Shown here: in pieces, positions 47,274 through 56,659 of the stretch
Numbering within the stretch: the stretch's first letter is position 1
How the letters are laid out: the number at the start of each line of letters is the position of its first letter
Assembly (NCBI GenBank): GCA_965217685.1
Contig: CBDCIZ010000003.1
Location: 697,657-761,656 of the forward strand
Length of the DNA: 64,000 nucleotides
From: Aurantimonas sp.
GTDB lineage: Bacteria > Pseudomonadota > Alphaproteobacteria > Rhizobiales > Rhizobiaceae
Reading direction: 5' to 3'
Made by a program: the position numbers and the translations under genes
Notes under the pieces: generated by a model
Databases searched by the model: none
Told to the model about the DNA's origin: nothing
What the model saw: the letters and a program-made list of their open reading frames with translations, nothing else

Positions 47274-49192
47274 GCCGATACCTCCAGGGTTTGGTTCGTT
47301 TCCGGGTGCAAGGCGTCTCGCTTCCTGATCGCCGCCCGCGACATCGTCGCAAGCACCGCGAACAGGACCGCGGCACAGGCCGTCGCGAGCATGTTCGGCA
47401 AAATCGCCAGGACCGCGGGAATTGCCCAAAGGACAATGAGGAAGCGATTGCCCGGAAGGATCGCTCCGCCGAGAAGATGCGCGGTGGAGAGGACGAAGAT
47501 AGCCCCAGATACGATGGCCCTGATGATCGCCTCCGGACCGCCGCCACCGAGCATTCCCGGATAAATCAGGAACAGCATCGGCAGAACATAAGCCGTCGCG
47601 CCAAGCCGCAGTGTCTGCACGGCAACCTTGAGCCAAGGTGCCTGCGCGATGGTCGCCGCCACGAAGACGCCGAGACAGACCGGAGGCGTGATGACAGATA
47701 GCGCCGCATAGTAGAGGACGAACATGTGGACGACGAGCGGATCAAGGCCCTGCTGGATCAGCGCAGGCGCGAAAACCGCCGCTACCATCACGTAGGCCGC
47801 AGACGTCGGCAACCCCATTCCTGCGATCAGACAGATGCCCGCCATCAGGATCGCGATCAGCCACGTCTGACCTTGGCCGAAGTCGAGAACGGCAGCGGTC
47901 ACGGCCACGCCGAATCCGGTCAGATTGATCATCGCAACGAAGACCTGCGCGCCGACAAGCAGAACGCCAACGATCACGACCCCGCGGCCGCCCTCCTCGA
48001 GGGACCGCACGACGATCCGCACCACTTCGCCGACGCTCTGGCCGGCGGCAAGGCGGGCGACGAAGACGGCGACGACCATCGCGATCATGCCGTAGCAGGC
48101 GGTGAGTTCGATCGAATTGCCGTTGAAGATGCCGAACGCCAGTCCCGACAATCCCGCAACAATCGGTGCGAGCCGGGTGAAATTCATCGCGGTTTGCCAG
48201 TCGGGCAGTTCGGACGGGTCGACTGGGCGAAAGCTCTGTCGACGGGCGACAACGTGAACTGTCGCGTAGACGCCAAGGTAGAAAAGGAAAGCCGGAACGA
48301 TTGCAGCCAACGCAATCGACCAATAATTTATGCCGACCAGTTCAGCCATCACGAAAGCCGCTGTTCCCATGATCGGAGGAGCGAGTTGTCCGCCTGTCGA
48401 GGCGATGGCTTCGACGGCTCCGGCATAGGCCGGCGGGTAATTGAGACGCTTCATCAATGGGATGGTGAAGTTGCCAGTCGTCGCGACATTCGCCACCGTC
48501 GATCCGTTGATCGCTCCGAAAAAACCCGAAGCGAACGTGGCAATCTTGGCGGCGCCGCCCGGTCGCGAGCCTCCCAGACGGGCAGAAAGGTCGAAGAAGG
48601 TCTCTCCTGCACCGGTATGGAGAAGGATTGCTCCGAACAGCACGAAGGAGGCCAGCGTGGTCGAGGCGACGTTGACCAGCATGCCCCAGAGACCGCGGTC
48701 GGATAGGAAGATAATCTCGGTGAGGTAACCGACATCGAAGCCGCGATGTCCGAATTGTCCCGGTATCAGAAAGCCCAGAAGCGCGTAGACGACAGACAGG
48801 ATGACAATAACGGGAAAGACCCAGTTCGACGTTCGCCTGGCGAGTTCGAGGACCGCGGCAAGAGTTCCGAACGCCATGATCATGTCCGTCGGCTGGGCCC
48901 ACGGAAGGTCGGTCATGATGTTCTGGTAATTTTGAACAATGTAGACAGTGGACACCGTGCAGATCGCGACGATGGCGATATCGATCGCGATACCAAGCGG
49001 CCGTAACTTCGAGCCGAGGAACAGCGGATACATCAGCACCGCGAGCGTCACGATCATCAAGACAAAGACAGATCGCTGGACAAGGGACTCGAACGGACCC
49101 TCGAATGACGTATAGAAGATGAACGCACCGAGGAGGATGGCCAAAGCGGCGATCGCCTTCTCGCGGAACGTGTCGAAACCGAAATTTTGCAT
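47270..49192 (-). CDS. TAXI-type TRAP transporter fused permease
   Basis: 640 aa, hydrophobic. Paralogue of 31841..33655. Confidence 0.85.
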   Translation of the reverse strand: MQNFGFDTFREKAIAALAILLGAFIFYTSFEGPFESLVQRSVFVLMIVTLAVLMYPLFLGSKLRPLGIAIDIAIVAICTVSTVYIVQNYQNIMTDLPWAQPTDMIMAFGTLAAVLELARRTSNWVFPVIVILSVVYALLGFLIPGQFGHRGFDVGYLTEIIFLSDRGLWGMLVNVASTTLASFVLFGAILLHTGAGETFFDLSARLGGSRPGGAAKIATFASGFFGAINGSTVANVATTGNFTIPLMKRLNYPPAYAGAVEAIASTGGQLAPPIMGTAAFVMAELVGINYWSIALAAIVPAFLFYLGVYATVHVVARRQSFRPVDPSELPDWQTAMNFTRLAPIVAGLSGLAFGIFNGNSIELTACYGMIAMVVAVFVARLAAGQSVGEVVRIVVRSLEEGGRGVVIVGVLLVGAQVFVAMINLTGFGVAVTAAVLDFGQGQTWLIAILMAGICLIAGMGLPTSAAYVMVAAVFAPALIQQGLDPLVVHMFVLYYAALSVITPPVCLGVFVAATIAQAPWLKVAVQTLRLGATAYVLPMLFLIYPGMLGGGGPEAIIRAIVSGAIFVLSTAHLLGGAILPGNRFLIVLWAIPAVLAILPNMLATACAAVLFAVLATMSRAAIRKRDALHPETNQTLEVSA

Positions 49193-49206
49193 AGGTCTTC
49201 TCCCGG

Positions 49207-49236
49207 TTCAGGCGGAGCGCGGGGGCTCCGCCTGAA
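49207..49236 (-). promoter_or_regulatory. intercistronic stem-loop after the TAXI SBP gene
   Basis: Perfect 12-bp stem TTCAGGCGGAGC / GCTCCGCCTGAA with a 6-nt loop, between the SBP stop (49246) and the permease start (49192). Confidence 0.45.
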
Positions 49237-49245
49237 TGCTGCCGA

Positions 49246-50208
49246 TTACTTCAGGGAATCGGGAACGGTGAGACCGATCTCTTCATAGTAACGGATTGCC
49301 CCGGGATGCAGCGGGCTGGTGGCGTATTTCAGGGTCAGTTCGGGAAGGTTCGTTCCCTTCACCGCCGGGAATGCGGCCTCCTGCTTGGCCATGTTTTCCA
49401 TTGCAGCGTTGGTAAGATCGTATGCGGTCTGCTCATCGAGATCGGGACGGGCCGATACCGAGATCATGAAGCCCCAGGTTTTGAAGGGGCCTGTTCCCTC
49501 CATATCGCCGCCCGGCATATCCACGAGCGAAAGTTCGGGAAGTTCCTTCTTGATCTTGGCGGCCTGCTCCTCGTCCAGTCCGAGGACCTTCAATGCCGTG
49601 AAGGCTGCGATGTCGGTAGTCAAAGCGTCGAAGTGAGTTCCGACGGCACTCTTCACGAAGCCGACCGCACGATCGTCCTTAATGGCGTTGGCCAGTTCGG
49701 CATTGGTCCCGCGGGCCCAATCCGGCTTGATTTCCAGAAGTTTGAAAACCTCTTCCGAGGTTGCCTCGGTGGACGATCCACGCATGCCAGGACCCATCTT
49801 CTGGCCGTCGAGGTCGGTCAGCTTCTCGTAGCCCGCGTCCTTGCGTGTGATAACGTCCTGTGGAGCCAGCGAGTAGGCCCAGAGAAGTTTGGATTCAATC
49901 GGATGACCGTCGAATTCCTTGGTGCCGTTGTAGGCCTGATAGAGGGTCGACGTCGTTACCAGCCCGATGTCCAGCTGATTCCGCGACATCCGCTTGAGGT
50001 TGTCGACCGTCGCGCCGGTCTCGACGACCGAAGCCTGATACTTCTTCGGATAGGTCGAATTTACGATCTGCGCCAAAGCGGCGAAGTAGGCGTAATGAGC
50101 GCTCTGTGCGTTCGTTGCGCCGAAAGCAAGACGCTCCTGCGCGGCGGCCGAGCCTCCAAGGCTGAGAGTTGCGATGATGCCCGCAATGGCTATGGTCCGA
50201 AATTTCAT
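49246..50208 (-). CDS. TAXI-family TRAP solute-binding protein
   Basis: From MKFRTIAIAGIIATLSLGGSAAAQ. C-terminal LHPGAIRYYEE, as in the other TAXI SBP. Confidence 0.85.
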   Translation of the reverse strand: MKFRTIAIAGIIATLSLGGSAAAQERLAFGATNAQSAHYAYFAALAQIVNSTYPKKYQASVVETGATVDNLKRMSRNQLDIGLVTTSTLYQAYNGTKEFDGHPIESKLLWAYSLAPQDVITRKDAGYEKLTDLDGQKMGPGMRGSSTEATSEEVFKLLEIKPDWARGTNAELANAIKDDRAVGFVKSAVGTHFDALTTDIAAFTALKVLGLDEEQAAKIKKELPELSLVDMPGGDMEGTGPFKTWGFMISVSARPDLDEQTAYDLTNAAMENMAKQEAAFPAVKGTNLPELTLKYATSPLHPGAIRYYEEIGLTVPDSLK

Positions 50209-50364
50209 GTGTTCCTCCGCTGTCGTTGTTTGAAACAGGCGAATTGCCGACTGTTTCCTCACTCCCTCCGACATCAGTAGACAAGGATCAGCAAACTTGC
50301 AAGAAAACCAGGAATAATTGAAATAATTTCAGATCAGTGCGGATCCATTCGGGTTTTCCTCGTG

Positions 50365-51410
50365 TCAGCCGCTCGCGCGCTCGATCAGCTTGCACGGCGT
50401 GATCCGGACCGAACCTGCTACTGCAGGATCTCTCGTGATCCGTTCGATCATGTCGAGCGTTTCTTGGACCATCAGGCGGATTCTCTGCCGAACCGTCGTC
50501 AACCGGTAAGACTGCCAGCCCGCCATCGGGATATCATCGAAACCGATGATAGCGACGTCGTCCGGAATCCGAGCCCCAACCTTTTTGGGCACAGAAGACT
50601 GCGAGCCCCAACCTTTTTGGCAGCATCGATCGCCGCAAGCGCCATGATGTCGTTGGCACAGAAGACTGCGTCGGGGGCCGTAGAACGTTCGAGAAGACGT
50701 GTGGACGCTTCGAAAGCCGCCGCATACTCGAACCGCCCGTCTACGCGCGCCTCGATGGTCACGTTCGCCTCTTCAAGTGCCGCGGAGAAGCCGCGCCAGC
50801 GTTCGACGTTGGTGGACGTGTCGGAAATACCAGAAACGAATGTGATGCGGCGGCGGCCCGCCGCAACCAGACGCTGGCCGATCTGACGTCCGCCGTTGTA
50901 GTTGTCGCAACAGACCGCGCTGACCCCGATGTCGGGTTGCGTCCGGTTGAAGAGGACGACGGGAAGGCGCTTCTGCCGGCAGGTCTTTGCAAGGGTCGAC
51001 GACAGTGTGGCCGAGGTGATGATCGCCGCGTCGGCCTTGTAGTCGAGAACCTGCTGCATGACGCTGTCGACATCCTTTCCGCCTGGCACGACGTGCAGGA
51101 TCAGCCGCCTCCCCGATCCGACGAGTGCCTGCGAAAGCTCCTCGAGGACGGTCGGGTAGAACGGGTTCGTCAAGTCGCCCGCGACGAGCGAGATTGTGCC
51201 GGTGGAAAGCTGCGAGACCGCTGATCCCGAGGGCGTCTGGTAGCCAATCTCGTCAGCTACCTGCAGAATACGAGAGCGAAGGTGTTCCGCAATCGACGAA
51301 CCCGGACGGAACGCTCTCGAAACGGCAGACGTCGACGTTCCGGCCTTGGTCGCGACATCTCTGGCTGTAATCTTCAACGCAGCGCCCCTAATTTCATGAA
51401 ATATTTTCAT
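50365..51410 (-). pseudogene. LacI-family regulator disrupted by a 32-bp composite duplication
   Basis: The HTH ITARDVATKAGTSTSAVSRAF and the sugar-binding core are in ORF 50499..51428. The C-terminus KKVGARIPDDVAIIGFDDIPMAGW... is in another frame (50365..50592). The two frames are reconciled by removing the 32 bp at 50589-50620. Confidence 0.75.
50571..50620. repeat. 18-bp direct repeat separated by 14 bp (32-bp period)
   Basis: GAGCCCCAACCTTTTTGG occurs at 50571-50588 and 50603-50620. The 14-bp spacer GCACAGAAGACTGC is itself a copy of 50656-50669. Confidence 0.9.
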
Positions 51411-51658
51411 AACAATTGCAATCATCAAGCGCTACCGTGGTTGATAGCTTTCGTGTCTCGAAGGCAGGTTGAACGAAATTGACTTTGCAAGTCGACGGGA
51501 ACTTACGGCGTTGCGGAGGCCTTCGCCCGCAAATAGATCGCCGGCGCCTATCCGTGGGCGAGGAGTGCCACGACGTCGAAATAGCTGCGCCGTCACTACC
51601 ACCATTTCACCAATGAAAGGAACCGCTGCGTGTTCGCCGATGGCACCGCGCAACAAAC

Positions 51659-52549
51659 GGCGCTGTTGCAAACCGTTCTGAAGGGCGCGTTTAAGCGGCT
51701 GGGCGATGACAGATCCTTTTCAGGCCGCTTCGCGCTCGAGCCGCACGGTGACGAAGGCCATGGCCTCGGCGAGCGCGCAGGGACCAATGCCGAAAGCTCG
51801 CTCGACGATGCGTGCCTCGCCGTAGATGTTGCCTAACCCGGCCTGACCCTTGCGCAACGCCCGCATCGTCTCGAAACCCTTGATCGTCGCGTAGGCGGTC
51901 TTCATCGTCTTGAAACCGCGCACGGGACGGATCAACTGCTTCAGCTTGCCGTGATCGGCTTCGACGACGTTGTTCAAATACTTCACCTGTCGATGCAGCG
52001 TATGCTTCGGGCACTTGCCCTCAGCCTTCAGCTCCGTAAGGGCCGCGCCGCAGGTCGGCGCCTTGTCGGTGTTGATGACGTGCGGTTTCTCGAAGGTCTT
52101 CAGGCCTTTCATCGCCTTGCCCAGAAAGCGCTTCGCCGCCCTGGTGTTCCGGGTCGGTGAAAGATAGAAGTCGATCGTGTTCCCACTCCTGTCGACAGCT
52201 CTGTAGAGATAAGCCCATTTCCCGCGGACTTTCACGTAGGTCTCGTCCACGCGCCAGCTCGTCGAACGCGGTCGACGCCACTGCCAGCGCAGGCGCTTCT
52301 CGATCTCCGGGGCATTTTTTGAACCCACCGGTAGATCGTCGAATGATCGACGGCGACGCCGCGCTCGCCCATCATCTGCTCGCGATCACGAGAGCCGATC
52401 CCATAACGACTGGACCATCTCACCGCCCAAAGCATGATCTCGCCTTCGAAGTGGCGTCCCTTGAAGTCGCAATTCATTGCCGCGTCGCTCGCCTCCTCGG
52501 TCCAACAGCCGTCATCGTCATCGGCAAAGCAATTGTTCGCAAAAGAGCC
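51659..52549 (-). mobile_element. IS6-family (IS26-like) insertion sequence, about 0.9 kb
   Basis: Terminal repeat GGCGCTGTTGCAAA at 51659-51672 (13/14 to the IS26-type GGCACTGTTGCAAA). A degenerate inverted copy TTCGCAAAAGAGCC at 52536-52549 (11/14). The flanking 8-mers differ, so there is no target duplication. Confidence 0.65.
51720..52477 (-). pseudogene. IS6-family transposase with a 1-nt frameshift
   Basis: The N-part MNCDFKGRHFEGEIMLWAVRW...VAVDHSTIYRWVQK and the C-part NAPEIEKRLRWQWRRP...WRVDETYVKVRGKWAYLYRAVD...INTDKAP...EADHGKLK are in different frames. The shift is at the A6 run (T6 on the plus strand, 52315-52320). Confidence 0.75.
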
Positions 52550-52745
52550 GCCAAGACGCGCCCCGCGCGATCTGGCGGCCTGCATGCCGGCGGTGACGCG
52601 CTCCGAGATAAGCGCGCCATGGCGCCTATGATGGTGAACATGGCCCGGCCCATGGGACTGCAGGTATCGATCTGATCCTGGACGCTGACGAAGCGGATGG
52701 CGAGATTCTCGAACTCTTCGAGCTCGGTCAGAAGGCCCGCTCGCG
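52550..52745 (-). pseudogene. serine recombinase/resolvase remnant truncated by the IS6 element
   Basis: RAGLLTELEEFENLAIRFVSVQDQIDTCSPMGRAMFTIIGAMA then (after an indel) LISERVTAGMQAARSRGARLG, running directly into the IS6 terminal repeat. The N-terminal catalytic Ser region and the C-terminal HTH are absent. Confidence 0.5.
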
Positions 52746-52845
52746 GACCTCCGGCGAATATCTCTTCGATGTCGTTCTCTTCATCATGACCCCATTCTCG
52801 CAGGAAATGAGGTCTCCGGGAAAATCCGGCGCGGTTAAAAGCGCC

Positions 52846-54135
52846 CTAACCGAGAAGGCCGGGCAGCCAGAGTGCGAGCGAAGGGAGAGCTGCGACAAGC
52901 AGGACAACGAGCAGGATTGCTCCCAGCCATGGCAAAGACGCCATTGTTACCTTCTCGTAGCTGACCCCGGCCACCTTCGTCATCACAAACAGAACCATTC
53001 CGAACGGTGGGGTCGCCTCTCCTATGACCAGAATCATGATCATCACGATGCCGAAGTGAACGGGATCGAAACCGAAGGTAATGGCGATCGGCACGAGGAT
53101 CGGCGTCAAGACGTTGATCGCAACCGACACGGCCATGAAGCAGCCGATGAACAGAAGAAAAACGATCATCATGATTATCATCAACGCAGGGCTTTCGGTC
53201 ATGCTGGACAACCAGGAGGCCATCGTGTCGGGGACTCGAGCCCGCGTTAGTATCCACGCGAAGAGCGACGAACAGGCCAGGATAAAGAAGATGACGGCCG
53301 CGTCGTATGCCGTCCGCCTGAAAACCTCGATAATCGCGCTAAGGCCGAGATTTCTGTAGAAGATCGTCGCGACAAGAAAGGCCCAAAGCCCAGCGACCGC
53401 AGCCGCTTCAGTCGCGGTGAAGACGCCGGCAAATATTCCTGACAGTAAGATGACCGGCGTCATCAGCGGCGCGAAGGCCGAAAGAAAAGACTCGCCCAGA
53501 GCCCGAACGCCTGGGAATTTTCCAGATGGTAGGCCCCGGACTTTCGCGAAGACCGCCGCCATTGCCATCAGCGAAACCGCCATCAAGATCCCTGGGACGA
53601 TGCCGGCGAGAAGCATGTCGCTCGCGCTGACGCCTGCCAGGACTGCATAGAGAATGGCGGGGATGCTCGGCGGAATGATGGGCCCGATCAGCGAGCTTCC
53701 GACGGTAACGCCGATCGTCGTTTCGTCGTCGTATCCGGCCTCGCGCATCGCGCGGACCTCCATCGCGCCGAGGCCTGCAGCATCGGCAACGCCGGAGCCG
53801 GACATGCCGGCGAAGAGCATGCTTGCGACGATGTTGACCTGGGCGAGACCGCCGCGCACATGGCCGACGAGCGCGTTGGCGAAGTTGAACAACCGCGTCG
53901 TCGAGCCGGAATCGTTCATGAGGTGGCCGACGAAGATGAAGAGCGGAATGGCAAGAAGCGGAAAGGAGTCGACGCCGGAGACCAGCCGCTGGGTGATGAT
54001 GGACCAGGGAATCTCCAGGATGCCTCTGGTGACGGCGAAATAGCCGAGACCAGCCAGACCCAGGGCGAAGCCCGCGCCGATCCCGACGACGAGGAAGACG
54101 ATTAGTGCGATCATGGAGATGATGCCAGGCAGCAT
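52846..54135 (-). CDS. TRAP transporter large permease (DctM family)
   Basis: 429 aa, about 12 TM, downstream of the DctQ/DctP genes. Confidence 0.9.
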   Translation of the reverse strand: MLPGIISMIALIVFLVVGIGAGFALGLAGLGYFAVTRGILEIPWSIITQRLVSGVDSFPLLAIPLFIFVGHLMNDSGSTTRLFNFANALVGHVRGGLAQVNIVASMLFAGMSGSGVADAAGLGAMEVRAMREAGYDDETTIGVTVGSSLIGPIIPPSIPAILYAVLAGVSASDMLLAGIVPGILMAVSLMAMAAVFAKVRGLPSGKFPGVRALGESFLSAFAPLMTPVILLSGIFAGVFTATEAAAVAGLWAFLVATIFYRNLGLSAIIEVFRRTAYDAAVIFFILACSSLFAWILTRARVPDTMASWLSSMTESPALMIIMMIVFLLFIGCFMAVSVAINVLTPILVPIAITFGFDPVHFGIVMIMILVIGEATPPFGMVLFVMTKVAGVSYEKVTMASLPWLGAILLVVLLVAALPSLALWLPGLLG

Positions 54136-54138
54136 GGA

Positions 54139-54636
54139 TCAGTCCTCCATCGCTTCGAGTTCATGGATCGGGTCGCTGCGTCCTGGCGTCACGAACTTGA
54201 TCGCCGTGATGACGGCAGCCACCGCTCCGCCGATAAAGGGCGCGAGATAAACCATGCCCTGACTGACCCAGGACATGGTGGCCAGCGGGTAGGGCCAGTT
54301 CGCAACCATGAGCCTGTAAGCGCCGAAGGTCAGGGCGCACAGGAAAACGAAGGCCGCAAATAGCTGGAAACGGTATAGAATATCGGTCAGCAGGTTGCGA
54401 CCGAGCATGCGGTCGATCAGGTCGATCCGGATGTGACCGTGCCGGGCGGTCACGAGAACGAGGCCGAGAAAGACCACGAAGAGGTTGAGCAACCTCGCCA
54501 GTTCCTCGCTGAAGACAAGGCTGACGCCGAGATAGCGATAGGCGATCTGAGCGAGGATCGCGACGAAAAAACCTGCAAAGCAGATAGTGACGAGGGCGTC
54601 TGTCGCCCTCGTCACTACGGTCGTGACCGTTTTCAT
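54139..54636 (-). CDS. TRAP transporter small permease (DctQ family)
   Basis: 165 aa, 4 TM. 4-nt overlap with the DctP stop. Confidence 0.8.
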   Translation of the reverse strand: MKTVTTVVTRATDALVTICFAGFFVAILAQIAYRYLGVSLVFSEELARLLNLFVVFLGLVLVTARHGHIRIDLIDRMLGRNLLTDILYRFQLFAAFVFLCALTFGAYRLMVANWPYPLATMSWVSQGMVYLAPFIGGAVAAVITAIKFVTPGRSDPIHELEAMED

Positions 54637-55655
54637 TTGATGGCGCCCGCGGACTCCCCTGTGACGCCATCAGAACCGGCCGCCGACGATGCCGCGACCG
54701 CGGTGATCGCCGCTTCATAAACGCCCTGATCGAGAAGCTTGTCGGCTGCGGCCTTGATGATCGGCAGCGCCTTCTCGCGAAATTCCGGCTTTGGCTCGAC
54801 CATTTTCACGCCGGCCTTTTCGATCAGCCCGATAATCCTCTTGTTTTCCTCGGCCGCGGCCTCGCTGCCGGCTTGCGTGGCGTCATCGACGGCCGTCTGC
54901 AGGGCCTGCTGCTGCTTCTCGTCAAGGCCCTTCCAGAAGTCGAGATTGGCCATCACCGTCACGTAGCTCTGCTGGTGCTTCGTCGCGATCAGGTACTTCT
55001 GGACCTCGTAGAGTTTGCGCCCGTAGATATTGCTGAGCATGTTCTCCTGTGCGTCGATGACACCCGTCTGGAGAGCCGAGAAAACCTCAGGCGACGGCAT
55101 CGGCGTGGTGATGGCGCCCATGCCGGACCAGATGTCGATCCAGAGCGGGATTTCCGGCATGCGGATTTTGATGCCCTGCAATTCCGGCAGTGTCTCGAAC
55201 GCCTTGTTCGACGTCGCCCAGCGTGCACCCTGATAATAAGTGCCGAGGAACTTGGCGTTCCCCTTCTCTTCAAGCGTCGCCTTCATCTTGTCGCCGATGG
55301 GGCCAGCAAGAAAACGCCGAACGCTGTCATAGTCAGGGAAGAGGTAGGGTACGAGCGTCGCGTCGAGATTCGGGAAGTATTCGGACGCATGGATTACGCC
55401 CATGTGGATCTGCGTCTCGCCAATGCGCACGAGGTCGATGAGTTCGTTTTCACCGCCGAGTGTGCCGTCGAGAAAGATGTCGAGCTTCATGTCCGGTTCG
55501 GACTTCGTCAAATCCTCCTTCAGCGTTTCAACGACGACTTTATTGACGCCGTTGTCCGGCACCGTCGATGCCAGTGTCACGGTCTGTGCCGAGACACTTC
55601 CCGCGAACATCATTGTCAGTCCGGCCAAAAGGGCCGCGATCCTGGTCACCTGCAT
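54633..55655 (-). CDS. TRAP transporter substrate-binding protein (DctP family)
   Basis: 340 aa. Signal peptide MQVTRIAALLAGLTMMFAGSVSA. DctP-like core (IKIRMPE..., TGVIDAQEN). Confidence 0.9.
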   Translation of the reverse strand: MQVTRIAALLAGLTMMFAGSVSAQTVTLASTVPDNGVNKVVVETLKEDLTKSEPDMKLDIFLDGTLGGENELIDLVRIGETQIHMGVIHASEYFPNLDATLVPYLFPDYDSVRRFLAGPIGDKMKATLEEKGNAKFLGTYYQGARWATSNKAFETLPELQGIKIRMPEIPLWIDIWSGMGAITTPMPSPEVFSALQTGVIDAQENMLSNIYGRKLYEVQKYLIATKHQQSYVTVMANLDFWKGLDEKQQQALQTAVDDATQAGSEAAAEENKRIIGLIEKAGVKMVEPKPEFREKALPIIKAAADKLLDQGVYEAAITAVAASSAAGSDGVTGESAGAIK

Positions 55656-55699
55656 TGTCTTTCCTCCCGTTAAAATTTAGATTTGTCCGCTTTGGGTCC

Positions 55700-56569
55700 T
55701 CAGGCGTGGGCGTTCCGTTTCTCGAATTCCCAAACCCGATCGAATCCCATCAGCCGGCTGAAGCTGTCGAAGTTGTAGAGATTGGCCTGACCGGCCGACG
55801 CCCCCGACGACACCAGATCGCCGTAGGCGCGCTCGAGCGCCGTTGCCGTCGACAAGAATCCGATGGCTGGGAAGATCGCGAGACTGAAACCGAGCTCGCC
55901 AAGACGTTTGGCGTCGAGCACCGGCGTGCGCCCGCCTTCAACCATGTTCGCAATGAGAAGCTTGTGACCAAACCGCTCGCCAATCTGGCGCAATTCGTCC
56001 TCGCTCTCGGGCGATTCGACGAAAAGGATGTCGGCGCCGGCTTCGTCGTAAGCGGCCATCCGGTCCATCGCCTCAGCAAGACCATGCTCGGTGCGAGCAT
56101 CCGTGCGGGCGATGATCAGGAATTCGTCGCTCTGGCGAGCCTCGACAGCAACGCGAATCTTGTCCGCCATTTCCTGCTTGGGGATGACCGGACGATTGAG
56201 CGTATGTCCGCATTTCTTCGGGAATACCTGATCTTCGATCTGGATCGCGGAAGCGCCCGCGCGCTCGTATTCCTTTACGGTCATGTCGACGTTGAGAAGG
56301 CCGCCATAACCGGTGTCGCCGTCGGCGACGAGTGGAATGCCCGCCTCTTTCGCGACCCGGCCCATGACGCTCACGCGATCGATCATATCGCGGAAGGATG
56401 CTAGGCCTGCGTCTGGAATGCCGAGATGCGACGCAACTGTCCCGTATCCGGTCATGTAAAGAACCTTCGCCCTGGCCGCGATGGCCATGCGGATCGAAAT
56501 CATATCGTAGATACCGGGCGCGACTGTGCAGCCGGGCTCAGTTAGAATTGTTTTTAGGCTCGACGTCAT
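55700..56569 (-). CDS. isocitrate lyase / PEP mutase superfamily enzyme (methylisocitrate lyase / oxaloacetate decarboxylase-like)
   Basis: From MTSSLKTILTEPG...APGIYD...VADGDTGYGG...IQIEDQVFPKKCGH...IIARTDA. The track ORF is over-extended to 56656. Confidence 0.85.
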   Translation of the reverse strand: MTSSLKTILTEPGCTVAPGIYDMISIRMAIAARAKVLYMTGYGTVASHLGIPDAGLASFRDMIDRVSVMGRVAKEAGIPLVADGDTGYGGLLNVDMTVKEYERAGASAIQIEDQVFPKKCGHTLNRPVIPKQEMADKIRVAVEARQSDEFLIIARTDARTEHGLAEAMDRMAAYDEAGADILFVESPESEDELRQIGERFGHKLLIANMVEGGRTPVLDAKRLGELGFSLAIFPAIGFLSTATALERAYGDLVSSGASAGQANLYNFDSFSRLMGFDRVWEFEKRNAHA

Positions 56570-56584
56570 AGATACCTCCCTATT

Positions 56585-56645
56585 TTGGATACAAGCCTGA
56601 TGCGAAGGGTGATAAAATGCAAGCGAATATGAATTCTGGTATACA
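56585..56645. promoter_or_regulatory. candidate GntR operator half-palindromes
   Basis: TGGATACAA (56585-56593) and TGGTATACA (56637-56645, core GTATAC) lie in the AT-rich divergent region between the ICL/PEPM gene and the GntR gene. Confidence 0.3.
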
Positions 56646-56659
56646 GAAGACGGCATTTA

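Noticed and set aside
52315-52320. Programmed frameshifting in the IS6 transposase at the A6 run.
   Set aside because: IS6-family transposases are, to my knowledge, encoded by a single uninterrupted ORF. A 1-nt deletion or a sequencing error is the simpler explanation.
52728-52787. 20-codon ORF MMKRTTSKRYSPEVRERAF resembling the N-terminus of an IS3-family OrfA.
   Set aside because: It is too short to support a call. It overlaps sequence that reads better as the edge of the resolvase remnant in another frame.
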